In this document: positions 15,665-23,547 of the stretch, piece by piece
Layout of the letters: each line of letters begins with the position of its first letter
How positions within the stretch are numbered: the stretch's first letter is position 1
Source of the DNA: Micrococcus luteus NCTC 2665
GTDB taxonomy: Bacteria > Actinomycetota > Actinomycetes > Actinomycetales > Micrococcaceae
Assembly (NCBI RefSeq): GCF_000023205.1
Contig: NC_012803.1
Coordinates: 2,130,001-2,162,000, forward strand
Reading direction: 5' to 3'
Length of the DNA stretch: 32,000 nucleotides
The notes under the pieces: model-generated
Databases searched by the model: none
The model's input: only the letters and a program-made list of their open reading frames with translations
Told to the model about the DNA's origin: nothing
Translations under genes and position numbers: made by a program

Positions 15665-16135
15665 TTGAGCACGAAGATCCATCAGCTCGTGGACGGGGCC
15701 GGGCTGCCGCTGGTCAGTCTGATCACCCCCGGCCAAGCCGGGGACTCCCCGATGCTGTTGCCCCTGCTGGGGCAGCTGCGTGTGGCACGGCCTGCAGGCC
15801 GGCCTCGTACCCGCCCCGAGGCGGTGCTGGGTGACAAGGCGTACTCCTCCCGGGCGATCCGCTCCCATTTACGGGCCCGCGGCATCAAGGCGGTCATCCC
15901 TGAGCCGGCCGACCAGCAGGGCCATCGCAGACGCCGCGGTGCCCGCGGCGGGCGCCCCGTCGGCCTCGACGCAGCCGCTTACAAGGGCCGGAATGTCATC
16001 GAGCGTCAGTACGCTCACCTGAAGCAGTGGCGGGGATTGGCGACCCGGTATGACAAGTACGCGATCATCTACCGTGCCGCCGTGGTGCTGAACGCGGTAA
16101 TCGCATGGTCGAAACTATTGTCAGACACGCCCTAG
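15665..16135 (+). CDS. IS5-family transposase, OrfB (DDE domain C-terminal part)
   Basis: STKIHQLVDGAGLPL...VLGDKAYSSRAIRSHLRARGIKAVIP...GRNVIERQYAHLKQWRGLATRYDK. This frame is open from 15491 with no start codon before TTG 15665, and it is +1 relative to OrfA. The homologous sequence (REEPADHGIGRSRGGL) begins upstream of the listed start, so the domain is presumably expressed as an OrfAB fusion. Confidence 0.8.
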   Translation: MSTKIHQLVDGAGLPLVSLITPGQAGDSPMLLPLLGQLRVARPAGRPRTRPEAVLGDKAYSSRAIRSHLRARGIKAVIPEPADQQGHRRRRGARGGRPVGLDAAAYKGRNVIERQYAHLKQWRGLATRYDKYAIIYRAAVVLNAVIAWSKLLSDTP

Positions 16136-16179
16136 GCTCATCCACGGCCCCGTCCGTCCCGTCCCCGCTGGAGCAGCCC

Positions 16180-16950
16180 ATGACCGCCCGCCCGCCCACC
16201 CCGCCCGCCGAACCCGAGCCGGGCCGACGCCGCGCCCCCGGCCACGCGGTCATCCTGGACTGGCTGGAGGGGGAGCTGCGCTCCGGGCGGATCCAGGTGG
16301 GAGACAAGCTGCCGAGCGAGCGCACACTGGCCGAGCGGTTCGGGATCTCCCGGTCCTCCGTCCGGGAGGCCGGACGCGTCATGGACGCCATGGGGCTCGT
16401 GCGCTCGGCCGCCGGCTCGGGGCCGCGGGCGGGGGCCATCGTGGTCTCCGAGCCCTCCGCGGCGCTCGCCTGGGCGCTGCGCATGCACGTGGCGACCCGG
16501 GCGCTGCCCGTCGCGGACCTCGTCACCACCCGCGTGCTGCTCGAGACCGAGGCAGCCCTCGAGGCCGCGGAGCACGACGTCCCCGGCCGCGGCACGATCC
16601 TCGCGACGGCGCACGCGCACCTGGACCGCATGGACGTCCCGGACCTGCCCGCCCGCGAGTTCCACCGGCTGGACGCGGAGTTCCACGTGCTGCTGTCCAC
16701 GCTCAGCGGCAACGTGGTGCTCGAGACCATCCTGCGGTCCCTGCGCGAGGCCACCATCGGCTACGTCGAGGAGGCGATGGCCGACGTCGAGGACTGGGGC
16801 GCCGTGCGCGACGAGCTGCAGCGCCAGCACCGGGACATCCTGGCGGCCGCGGTCGAGCGGGACGGACTCCGCGCGGCGCAGGCCGTGCGCGAGCACATCC
16901 GCTGGTTCTCCCGGTTCACCACCGCCGGCCCGGACGCGGCGGGCGGCTGA
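16180..16950 (+). CDS. lldR: GntR-family (FadR subfamily, FCD domain) transcriptional regulator, LldR-like
   Basis: Part of ORF 16105..16950, from MTARPPTPP; ATG 16180 is preceded by GGAG. wHTH: GDKLPSERTLAERFGISRSSVREAGRVMDAMGLV. C-terminal FCD-type helices: FHVLLSTLSGN, QHRDILAAAVERD. The LldR assignment rests on adjacency to lldP/lutABC and the matching operators. Confidence 0.7.
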   Translation: MTARPPTPPAEPEPGRRRAPGHAVILDWLEGELRSGRIQVGDKLPSERTLAERFGISRSSVREAGRVMDAMGLVRSAAGSGPRAGAIVVSEPSAALAWALRMHVATRALPVADLVTTRVLLETEAALEAAEHDVPGRGTILATAHAHLDRMDVPDLPAREFHRLDAEFHVLLSTLSGNVVLETILRSLREATIGYVEEAMADVEDWGAVRDELQRQHRDILAAAVERDGLRAAQAVREHIRWFSRFTTAGPDAAGG

Positions 16951-16992
16951 ACCGGACGCGGGACGTGCCCGGCGTCGTCGTGCGGCCCGGGC

Positions 16993-17490
16993 TCAGAAGA
17001 CGAAGTGCACCAGGATGCCCACGCCCACCGAGGCGAGGGCGAGCATCGCGCAGCCGAACTCCACGAGCATGCCCAGGCCCATGGCCTTCAGCGCGCCCCA
17101 CGAGCTGGCCAGGGCCACGCGGGCGTCCCGGGTGCGCGCCCACTGCGAGCCGAACAGGCCGACGGCGAAGCCGATGAACAGCCCGACGACGGGGATCACG
17201 AAGAACCCAACGATCGCGCCCACCACGCCCGCCGCGATCGGGCCGCGGGTGACCCTCTCCCGCAGCAGTCGACGGCCCATGAGGACGGCGGAGGCGCTCA
17301 TGCCCGCGATCGCCAGGCCCGCGGCGATCACCCCGAAGGTCCACGAGGCCGCCGAGCCGAGGATCCAGGCCCACGCGACCGCGGTGATCAGGATGAGCAC
17401 GGAACCGGGCAGGATCGGGTAGATCGTTCCGACCACGCCGACGATCAGCAGGAGCACGGCCAGGACGGAGACGACGATCGCGAGGGTCAC
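16993..17490 (-). CDS. DUF456-family membrane protein
   Basis: ORF 16993..17490(-), 165 aa, four hydrophobic segments. The N-terminus VGVVGTIYPILPGSVLILITAVAWAW is typical of DUF456. GTG start. Confidence 0.65.
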   Translation of the reverse strand: MTLAIVVSVLAVLLLIVGVVGTIYPILPGSVLILITAVAWAWILGSAASWTFGVIAAGLAIAGMSASAVLMGRRLLRERVTRGPIAAGVVGAIVGFFVIPVVGLFIGFAVGLFGSQWARTRDARVALASSWGALKAMGLGMLVEFGCAMLALASVGVGILVHFVF

Positions 17491-17515
17491 GGGGTCCAGT
17501 ATGGCGCTCCCGCGT

Positions 17516-17989
17516 TCACCCGCCCTGCCACGGCCGCTCGCCGTGCTCGTGGCGGAACACGAGGGACGTCCGCGTGGCGGCCACGGCCGGATCCGCGGAG
17601 AGGTTCTTGAGCACGAAGCGGGAGACCTCCGCCGAGTCCGGCACGGCCACGTGCAGCAGGAAGTCCTCCTCGCCGCCGAGGAAGAAGACCTGCAGCACGC
17701 CGGGCAGGCCGCGCATCCGGTCGAAGAACTCCTCCATGCGGTGGCGGGCGCCCGGGCGGATGCGCACCGAGATCAGCGCCACCAGCCCGTGGCCCAGCGC
17801 GGCCGGGTCCACGTCCACGGTGAACCCGCGCACGGCGCCCGAGGCCCGCAGCGCCTTGAGCCGGGTCAGGCACGTGGACGGCGCGATCCCGAGCTCGTCC
17901 GCCAGCGAGGCGTTCGTGCGGCGGGCGTCCTGGCGCAGCAGCTCCAGGAGCCGCCGGTCCGTGCCGTCGAGCCGCTGCAGATGCTTCAC
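17516..17989 (-). CDS. Lrp/AsnC-family transcriptional regulator (AldR-like by context)
   Basis: ORF 17516..17989(-): LDGTDRRLLELLRQDARRTNASLADELGIAPSTCLTRLKALRASGAVRGF, followed by a RAM/AsnC_trans_reg domain. GTG start lies 5 nt after AGGAGG (17995-18000). Divergent from ald, an arrangement I recall for aldR-ald in mycobacteria. Confidence 0.85.
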   Translation of the reverse strand: MKHLQRLDGTDRRLLELLRQDARRTNASLADELGIAPSTCLTRLKALRASGAVRGFTVDVDPAALGHGLVALISVRIRPGARHRMEEFFDRMRGLPGVLQVFFLGGEEDFLLHVAVPDSAEVSRFVLKNLSADPAVAATRTSLVFRHEHGERPWQGG

Positions 17990-18104
17990 CCGATCCTCCT
18001 GACTGTGACGCCGGACATGAACAATCCATCCAGTCTAGGGGTCATCCCCGCAGATCCTGCGGCGCCCCTCCCCTTCGGCCGGTCAGACCGCTAGATTCGC
18101 CCGC

Positions 18105-19247
18105 ATGCTGATCGGAGTGCCCACAGAGGTCAAGAACAACGAATTCCGCGTCGCCCTCACCCAGGGCGGCGTGCAGGAGCTGGTGCGCGCCGGCCACGAC
18201 GTCCTCGTGCAGGCGGGGGCCGGTCTCGGCTCCGGCACCACGGACCAGGACTACCTCGACGCCGGCGCCGAGCTGGTCGAGGGCGCCGACGAGGTGTGGG
18301 AGCGCGCCGAGCTCATCCTCAAGGTGAAGGAGCCCCAGGCCGAGGAGTACCCCCGCATGCGCCGCGGCCAGGTCCTCTTCACCTACCTGCACCTGGCGGC
18401 CTCCCCCGAGTGCACCCGGGCCATCCTCGACTCGGGCACCACCGCGATCGCCTACGAGACCGTGACGCAGGGCCGCACCCTGCCGCTGCTGGCCCCCATG
18501 AGCCAGGTGGCCGGGCGGCTCGCGCCCGCCGCCGGCGCCTACCACCTCACCCAGGCCCACGGCGGCTCCGGCGTCCTGATGGGCGGCGTCCCCGGCACGC
18601 GCCGCGCCCGCGTGGCCGTGATCGGCGGTGGTGTGGCCGGCGAGGCCGCGGGCGTGATCGCCGCCGGCATGGGCGCCGACGTCACCGTCCTGGACATCTC
18701 CCTCGAGCGCCTGGCCCAGCTGGACGCCGTGCACCAGGGCCGGCTGCGCACGCTGGCCTCCTCGCACCTGAACATCGCCGAGACCGTGGCGGACGCCGAC
18801 CTCGTGATCGGCTCCGTGCTGATCCCGGGCGCCGCCGCCCCCAAGCTGGTGACCGCCGAGATGGTGGAGGCCATGCGCCCGGGCTCGGTGCTCGTGGACA
18901 TCGCGATCGACCAGGGCGGCTGCTTCGAGAACTCCCGCCCCACCGCCCACCAGGACCCCACCTACCTGGTGGGCGACAAGATCTACTACTGCGTCTCCAA
19001 CATGCCCGGCGCCGTGCCGCAGACCTCCACCGCGGCCCTCACCAACGCGACCCTGCCGTACATCAAGCGGATCGCGGACCAGGGCTGGCGCGCGGCGCTG
19101 TCCGCGGACGAGGGCTTCGCCGGCGGCCTGAACGCCCACGACGGCGTGCTCACCCTGCCCTCCGTGTTCGAGGCGGTGTCCGGGGAGCTCGGGCTGGACC
19201 CGGAGAAGGACGTGCGGGCGACGTCGCAGGTCCTCGCGGGGGCCTGA
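18105..19247 (+). CDS. ald: L-alanine dehydrogenase
   Basis: ORF 18105..19247, 380 aa: [52 protein letters not shown] (Rossmann motif), [19 protein letters not shown]. Confidence 0.93.
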   Translation: MLIGVPTEVKNNEFRVALTQGGVQELVRAGHDVLVQAGAGLGSGTTDQDYLDAGAELVEGADEVWERAELILKVKEPQAEEYPRMRRGQVLFTYLHLAASPECTRAILDSGTTAIAYETVTQGRTLPLLAPMSQVAGRLAPAAGAYHLTQAHGGSGVLMGGVPGTRRARVAVIGGGVAGEAAGVIAAGMGADVTVLDISLERLAQLDAVHQGRLRTLASSHLNIAETVADADLVIGSVLIPGAAAPKLVTAEMVEAMRPGSVLVDIAIDQGGCFENSRPTAHQDPTYLVGDKIYYCVSNMPGAVPQTSTAALTNATLPYIKRIADQGWRAALSADEGFAGGLNAHDGVLTLPSVFEAVSGELGLDPEKDVRATSQVLAGA

Positions 19248-19272
19248 CCCTCCCCCACGCCATCCACGCCGG

Positions 19273-19332
19273 GACGAGTCCCGCACAGTCGGGGTTATCG
19301 GAGCCGATAACCCCGACTGCGCGGGACTCGTC
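19273..19332. terminator. 29-bp-stem bidirectional hairpin between convergent ald and pdxT
   Basis: GACGAGTCCCGCACAGTCGGGGTTATCGG (19273-19301) / AG loop / CCGATAACCCCGACTGCGCGGGACTCGTC (19304-19332), with 1 mismatch. Confidence 0.6.
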
Positions 19333-19367
19333 TGCGTTCGGGGACGGGCGGGCGGGACGGGCGGGGC

Positions 19368-20027
19368 TCAGAGCCCGGCGAGGAATGCCCGGTGGAAGGA
19401 CCAGTCCCCGGTGACCTCCGGGTGGAAGCTCGTGGCCAGGACGTGCCCCTGCCGCACGGCCACGGGAAGGCGCGCGCCGGCGTCGAGCCCCAGCCCCGCC
19501 GGGTCCACGGACAGGCCCGACGCCGGCACGCTCGCCAGCACCTCGACGTCGGCGCCGTCGCCGCCCGCCTCGCCGAGCGCCAGCACCGCGGGGGCGCGGA
19601 TGAACACGGCGTGGACGGGGTCCGCGCTGACGGCCGGGACGTGCAGATCCGCCTCGAACGAGGCCGCCTGCGCCCCGAACGCGTTGCGGCGCACCGTCAC
19701 GTCCAGCACCTCGAGGGTGCCCTGGTCCGGGGCGGGGTTCTGGATGCGGCGGGCGAGCATGATCAGCCCCGCGCACGTGCCGTAGGCCGGCAGGCCGGCG
19801 CGGAGGGCGGCGGCCAGCGGCTCCTTCAGCCCCACGATCCGGGCGAGGCGGTCCATCACGGAGGACTCGCCGCCGGGCAGCACGATGCCGTCGAGCCCGG
19901 CCAGGTCGGTCGCGCGGCGCACGGGCCGGGTCTGCGCCCCGAGCGCCTCGAGCACGTGGGCGTGCTCGCGCACGTCCCCCTGCAGGGCGAACACCCCGAC
20001 GGTCTTCTGCGGTTTCACCCTCGCCAC
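19368..20027 (-). CDS. pdxT: Pyridoxal 5'-phosphate synthase, glutaminase subunit
   Basis: ORF 19368..20027(-): VGVFALQGDVREH, GIVLPGGESS, GTCAGLIML (catalytic Cys), SFHPE. The start could instead be the GTG three codons downstream. Confidence 0.9.
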   Translation of the reverse strand: MARVKPQKTVGVFALQGDVREHAHVLEALGAQTRPVRRATDLAGLDGIVLPGGESSVMDRLARIVGLKEPLAAALRAGLPAYGTCAGLIMLARRIQNPAPDQGTLEVLDVTVRRNAFGAQAASFEADLHVPAVSADPVHAVFIRAPAVLALGEAGGDGADVEVLASVPASGLSVDPAGLGLDAGARLPVAVRQGHVLATSFHPEVTGDWSFHRAFLAGL

Positions 20028-20054
20028 GGGCCCCGTGCCACCCCGCCCCTCAGC

Positions 20055-20999
20055 TCACCAGCCGCGCTCGGCCAGGCGGTGCGGGGCGGGCAGGTCGCCC
20101 ACATTGATGCCCACCATGGCCTCGCCCAGGCCGCGGGAGGCCTCGGCGACCGCCATCGGGTCGTCGAACTGGGCGGTGGCCTTGACGATGGCGCGGGCAC
20201 GCTCGGCCGGGTTGCCGGACTTGAAGATGCCGGAGCCCACGAACACGCCGTCGGCGCCCATCTGCATCATCAGGGCCGCGTCCGCGGGCGTGGCCACGCC
20301 GCCGGCGGTGAACATCACCACGGGCAGGGTGCCGGTCTCGGCGACCTCGGCCACCAGCTCGAACGGGGCCTGCAGCTCCTTCGCGGCCACGTACAGCTCG
20401 TCCTTGGCCAGGCCGCGCAGCTGCGCGATCTCCTTGCGGATGGTGCGGATGTGCTTGACGGCCTCGGAGACGTCGCCGGTGCCGGCCTCGCCCTTGGAGC
20501 GGATCATGGCCGCGCCCTCGGTGATGCGGCGCAGGGCCTCGCCGAGGTTGGTGGCGCCGCACACGAACGGCACGTCGAAGGCCCACTTGTCGATGTGGTT
20601 CACATAGTCGGCGGGGGAGAGCACCTCGGACTCGTCGATGAAGTCCACCTTCAGGGCCTGCAGCACCTGGGCCTCCACGAAGTGGCCGATGCGGGCCTTG
20701 GCCATCACGGGGATGGACACGGCCTCGATGATGCCGTCGATCAGGTCCGGGTCGGACATGCGGGCCACGCCGCCCTGCGCGCGGATGTCCGCGGGCACGC
20801 GCTCGAGGGCCATGACGGCCACGGCGCCGGCGTCCTCGGCGATGCGCGCCTGCTCGGCGTTGACCACGTCCATGATCACTCCGCCCTTCATCATATCCGC
20901 CAGGCCGCGCTTGACGCGGGTGGTGCCGGTGCCGCGGGCGCCGTCGTCGGCCGCGGAGGCGGTGGAGGCGGAGAAGCTGGCGGCGCGTTCGTCGGTCAT
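20055..20999 (-). CDS. pdxS: Pyridoxal 5'-phosphate synthase, lyase subunit
   Basis: ORF 20055..20999(-): [103 protein letters not shown]. Confidence 0.95.
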   Translation of the reverse strand: MTDERAASFSASTASAADDGARGTGTTRVKRGLADMMKGGVIMDVVNAEQARIAEDAGAVAVMALERVPADIRAQGGVARMSDPDLIDGIIEAVSIPVMAKARIGHFVEAQVLQALKVDFIDESEVLSPADYVNHIDKWAFDVPFVCGATNLGEALRRITEGAAMIRSKGEAGTGDVSEAVKHIRTIRKEIAQLRGLAKDELYVAAKELQAPFELVAEVAETGTLPVVMFTAGGVATPADAALMMQMGADGVFVGSGIFKSGNPAERARAIVKATAQFDDPMAVAEASRGLGEAMVGINVGDLPAPHRLAERGW

Positions 21000-21081
21000 G
21001 GAGGTCCTTCCGGAGAGGTGGCGGCCCCGGCCGCGGGGCGGCTGGTCGGGACGGAAACGCGCTCAACTCTAGTCCTCCCGG

Positions 21082-21101
21082 GGACGGGCCGCGGCCCGTC
21101 C
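21082..21101 (-). terminator. Short perfect palindrome downstream of the DedA-like gene
   Basis: GGACGGGCCGCGGCCCGTCC is a perfect 20-nt palindrome located 4 nt after the stop codon at 21106-21108. No U tract. Confidence 0.4.
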
Positions 21102-21105
21102 AATG

Positions 21106-21618
21106 TCACGGACGACGACGGCGGGCCGCCCCGTGCAGGCGCAGCGTGCGGCGGCGGCGCCACACCACGAACGCGGCCACGGCCGCGAGGATCGCCGCGA
21201 GCGCGAGGACGCCGCGGCCCTCGCCCAGGGCGGCGCCGATCACGGCCCACACCACGGCCATGCCCACGGTCCCGTACACCACGCCCCACAGGAACGTGCC
21301 GAGCGCGGCGGCGGGCAGGAACCCCCGCCACGGCATGCGGGCGACGCCGGCGGAGCCGATCACCGCCGTCTGGATGCCCACGGTGAGGTAGCAGAACGGG
21401 ACGGCCCACATGCCGTGACGGCGGATGAACCGCTGGGCGCGGACGTACACGGGGCCCTCCATGACCTGGGCGAACCACCGGGCCCGCTCGGCGCCGGAGG
21501 CCAGCCCCCGCCCGAGCGAGAACACGATCAGGGTGCGCAGGATCGCCAGCATCCAGAAGAATCCGATGGACCACAGCAGCGGCAGCCCGTCGATCCACGC
21601 CATCATGGGCGGAGCCAC
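21106..21618 (-). CDS. DedA/VTT (SNARE-associated) family membrane protein
   Basis: ORF 21106..21618(-): FFWMLAILRTLIVFSLGR, HGMWAVPFCYLTVGIQTAVIGSAGVARMPW, FLPAAALGTFLWGVVY. The start is uncertain: GTG 21618 or ATG 21606/21603, with no clear RBS. Confidence 0.65.
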   Translation of the reverse strand: MAPPMMAWIDGLPLLWSIGFFWMLAILRTLIVFSLGRGLASGAERARWFAQVMEGPVYVRAQRFIRRHGMWAVPFCYLTVGIQTAVIGSAGVARMPWRGFLPAAALGTFLWGVVYGTVGMAVVWAVIGAALGEGRGVLALAAILAAVAAFVVWRRRRTLRLHGAARRRRP

Positions 21619-21657
21619 CCGTCGGGGCGGGGACTCATGCGCGCGCCCCGGCCGTGC

Positions 21658-22503
21658 TCACGCGTTCCAGAGCCCGTACGAGTCCGCGAGGTCCGCGATC
21701 TTCTGGGCACGCAGCACGCGGGGCAGGTACGAGCCGTCGCCGACGGCGGCGCCCTGAGCATGCTTCTCGAGCAGGTCGCGGGCCCACGCGAGCTCGTCCT
21801 CGGACGGGGACATCGCCCGGTTGACCCAGTCCACCTGATCCGGGTTCAGGACGAGGCGGCCGGTCATGCCCATCGAGGCGGTGACGGCGCAGGAGCGGAT
21901 GACCGCGTCCTCACCGTCCGTGTTGCCGGGCGGTCCGTCGATCGCACCGGGCAGACCGCCTACGCGAGAGGCGATCACCATGCGGGAGCGGGCGTAGGCC
22001 ATGGCCAGCGGGTCCTCGCCGACGCCGACGTCCTTGCGGAAGTCGTTCACGCCGAAGGCGAGACGGAACGTGCCCGGCGCCTTGGCCACGGCCGTGGCGT
22101 TCTCGATGCCCAGGGCGGACTCCAACAGGGCGATCACCGGGGTGCCGGCGCGCAGACGCATGGCGGTGAACGTGACCTGCTCCGGCTCCTCGGTCTCGGC
22201 CAGCACGACGCCGCGCACGCCGTCGAGGCCCGCGAGCGCCTCGAGGTCCCGCTGCCAGTGGGCCGTGGAGGTCGCGGAGATGCGCACCCACGCCGTCATG
22301 CCACCGGAGAGTGCGTCCACGACGTGCTGGCGGGCCGCGTCCTTCTGCTCCTCCGGCACGGCGGCCTCGAGGTCGAAGATGACGGAGTCGGCCTCGGAGG
22401 CCAGGGCGGGGGCGAACGCGTCGGGGGTGGCCGCGTTGACCAGCAGCCAGGAGCGGCTGAGCTTGGCGGGCAGGGCGGCGGCGCGACGGTTCCTCACGGG
22501 CAT
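21658..22503 (-). CDS. HpcH/HpaI aldolase / citrate lyase beta subunit (CitE)-like lyase
   Basis: C-terminal 281 aa of ORF 21658..23046(-), from MPVRNRRAAALPAKLSRSWLLVNA. Contains ADSVIFDLEAAV, VRIS, GVVLAETE, IALLESALGIENA and FGVNDF, all CitE-type motifs. Confidence 0.75.
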   Translation of the reverse strand: MPVRNRRAAALPAKLSRSWLLVNAATPDAFAPALASEADSVIFDLEAAVPEEQKDAARQHVVDALSGGMTAWVRISATSTAHWQRDLEALAGLDGVRGVVLAETEEPEQVTFTAMRLRAGTPVIALLESALGIENATAVAKAPGTFRLAFGVNDFRKDVGVGEDPLAMAYARSRMVIASRVGGLPGAIDGPPGNTDGEDAVIRSCAVTASMGMTGRLVLNPDQVDWVNRAMSPSEDELAWARDLLEKHAQGAAVGDGSYLPRVLRAQKIADLADSYGLWNA

Positions 22504-22662
22504 GGTCTCCAGCCTAGCCCGCCGCGGCCGTCCGCCCGCGGGCCCCTTCCCACTCGTGCGAGGCCTCACGTCCGCTCGCGGCGGGCGAGGCGGACGGTCG
22601 TAGCATGGAGAGGCCGTCGGTCCGTCCGACGCCGCCGACCCCCCGACCGCCAGGAGTACCCG

Positions 22663-23484
22663 ATGCGCCCGACCTCCCCTTCCCGAGCCCTGCGGCTCAC
22701 GGGTGCCGTGGCGGCCGCGTGCCTGCTGGCCGGCTGCGCGGTCGCCCCCGACCTGGCCGAGGACTCGGCGTCCGACGACGGCGTGCCCCTGCCCGCGACG
22801 GAGGGGTATCAGCCGCTGACGGTCTACCTCGCCGTCGCCGAGGCGGAGGCGGTCCCGGGGACGAGCGGCCGGCCCTTCGGCTGCGGCGATCTGCTGGTGC
22901 CCGTGCAGACCGTGCCGACGGACACCGAGGACGAAGCGGACACCGCCCTGGACTTCCTGTTCGCGGACGAGCGCGGCTGGCACGGCGACCCGTCGCTGTG
23001 GAACGCCGTGTTCGACGTGCGCGAGAGCCTCATCCCGACCGGGCACCGCCGCGAGGGCGACGTGGAGATCTTCACCTTCACCGGCACCGTGACGCCGGAG
23101 GACGAGTGCACGGCCGAACGGATCCGCGCCCAGCTGCAGGCGACCGCCGCCGCCTTCACGTCAGCGGGACAGGTCCGGCTCGAGGTGGACGGCCGGGACC
23201 TCGACGACGTGCTGGGGCTCGAGCCGCTCCGCCTCGGCGAGTCCGTGGACGTCCCGCAGGGGGACCCCATACCGAGTGGGGAGCCGAGCGACGGATCCGG
23301 CGCGCAGACGTGGGCGCCGGAGGGCGAGTCGTCGGAGGACACGTGGGCGCCGGCCGACCCCTCGACCTGGGCTCCGGTCGAGCCCTCGGACGACACCTGG
23401 GCGCCGGCCGAGGAGTCGTCGTGGGGTCCCGCCGAGCCGACCCAGGGCACGTGGTCCCCCGGTCAGGAGCCGAGCGCCCCCTGA
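22663..23484 (+). CDS. Lipoprotein with GerMN-like domain and acidic Trp/Pro repeat tail
   Basis: Part of ORF 21103..23484, from MRPTSPSRALRLTGAVAAACLLAGC, which gives a signal peptide plus the lipobox LAGC. AGGAG RBS at 22652-22656. The central region resembles GerMN domains (LTVYLAV...LVPVQTVP...LDFLFA...VRLEVDG). The C-terminus has six units of (D/Q/S)TW(A/G/S)P. Confidence 0.6.
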   Translation: MRPTSPSRALRLTGAVAAACLLAGCAVAPDLAEDSASDDGVPLPATEGYQPLTVYLAVAEAEAVPGTSGRPFGCGDLLVPVQTVPTDTEDEADTALDFLFADERGWHGDPSLWNAVFDVRESLIPTGHRREGDVEIFTFTGTVTPEDECTAERIRAQLQATAAAFTSAGQVRLEVDGRDLDDVLGLEPLRLGESVDVPQGDPIPSGEPSDGSGAQTWAPEGESSEDTWAPADPSTWAPVEPSDDTWAPAEESSWGPAEPTQGTWSPGQEPSAP

Positions 23485-23547
23485 CCGGGCGACCCGCCGT
23501 CGTCGCCCGTCATCGGACGTTCGGGCACGGCCGCGCCGTGCTATAGG

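Larger units (their letters stand above)
15190..16135 (+). mobile_element. IS5-family insertion sequence (IS427-group-like), complete
   Basis: Perfect terminal inverted repeats GGCGTGTCTGACAAT (15194-15208) and ATTGTCAGACACGCC (16117-16131), each flanked by CTAG (15190-15193, 16132-16135). Because CTAG is a palindrome, the exact ends and target duplication are ambiguous. Two overlapping-frame transposase ORFs lie inside. Confidence 0.9.

Noticed and set aside
16105-16179. N-terminally extended LldR starting at ATG 16105 inside the IS right end.
   Set aside because: The extension would be translated from IS terminal-repeat sequence, and no RBS precedes 16105. ATG 16180 has a GGAG at proper spacing and gives a normal-length GntR N-terminus. 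It is kept only as a side remark in the IS finding.
18030-18090. AldR-type operator (GA-N2-ATC-N2-TC as I recall it from mycobacteria) in the aldR-ald intergenic region.
   Set aside because: I found only approximate matches, for example GAACAATCCATCC with the wrong spacing. That is not strong enough to call a site without a proper matrix search.
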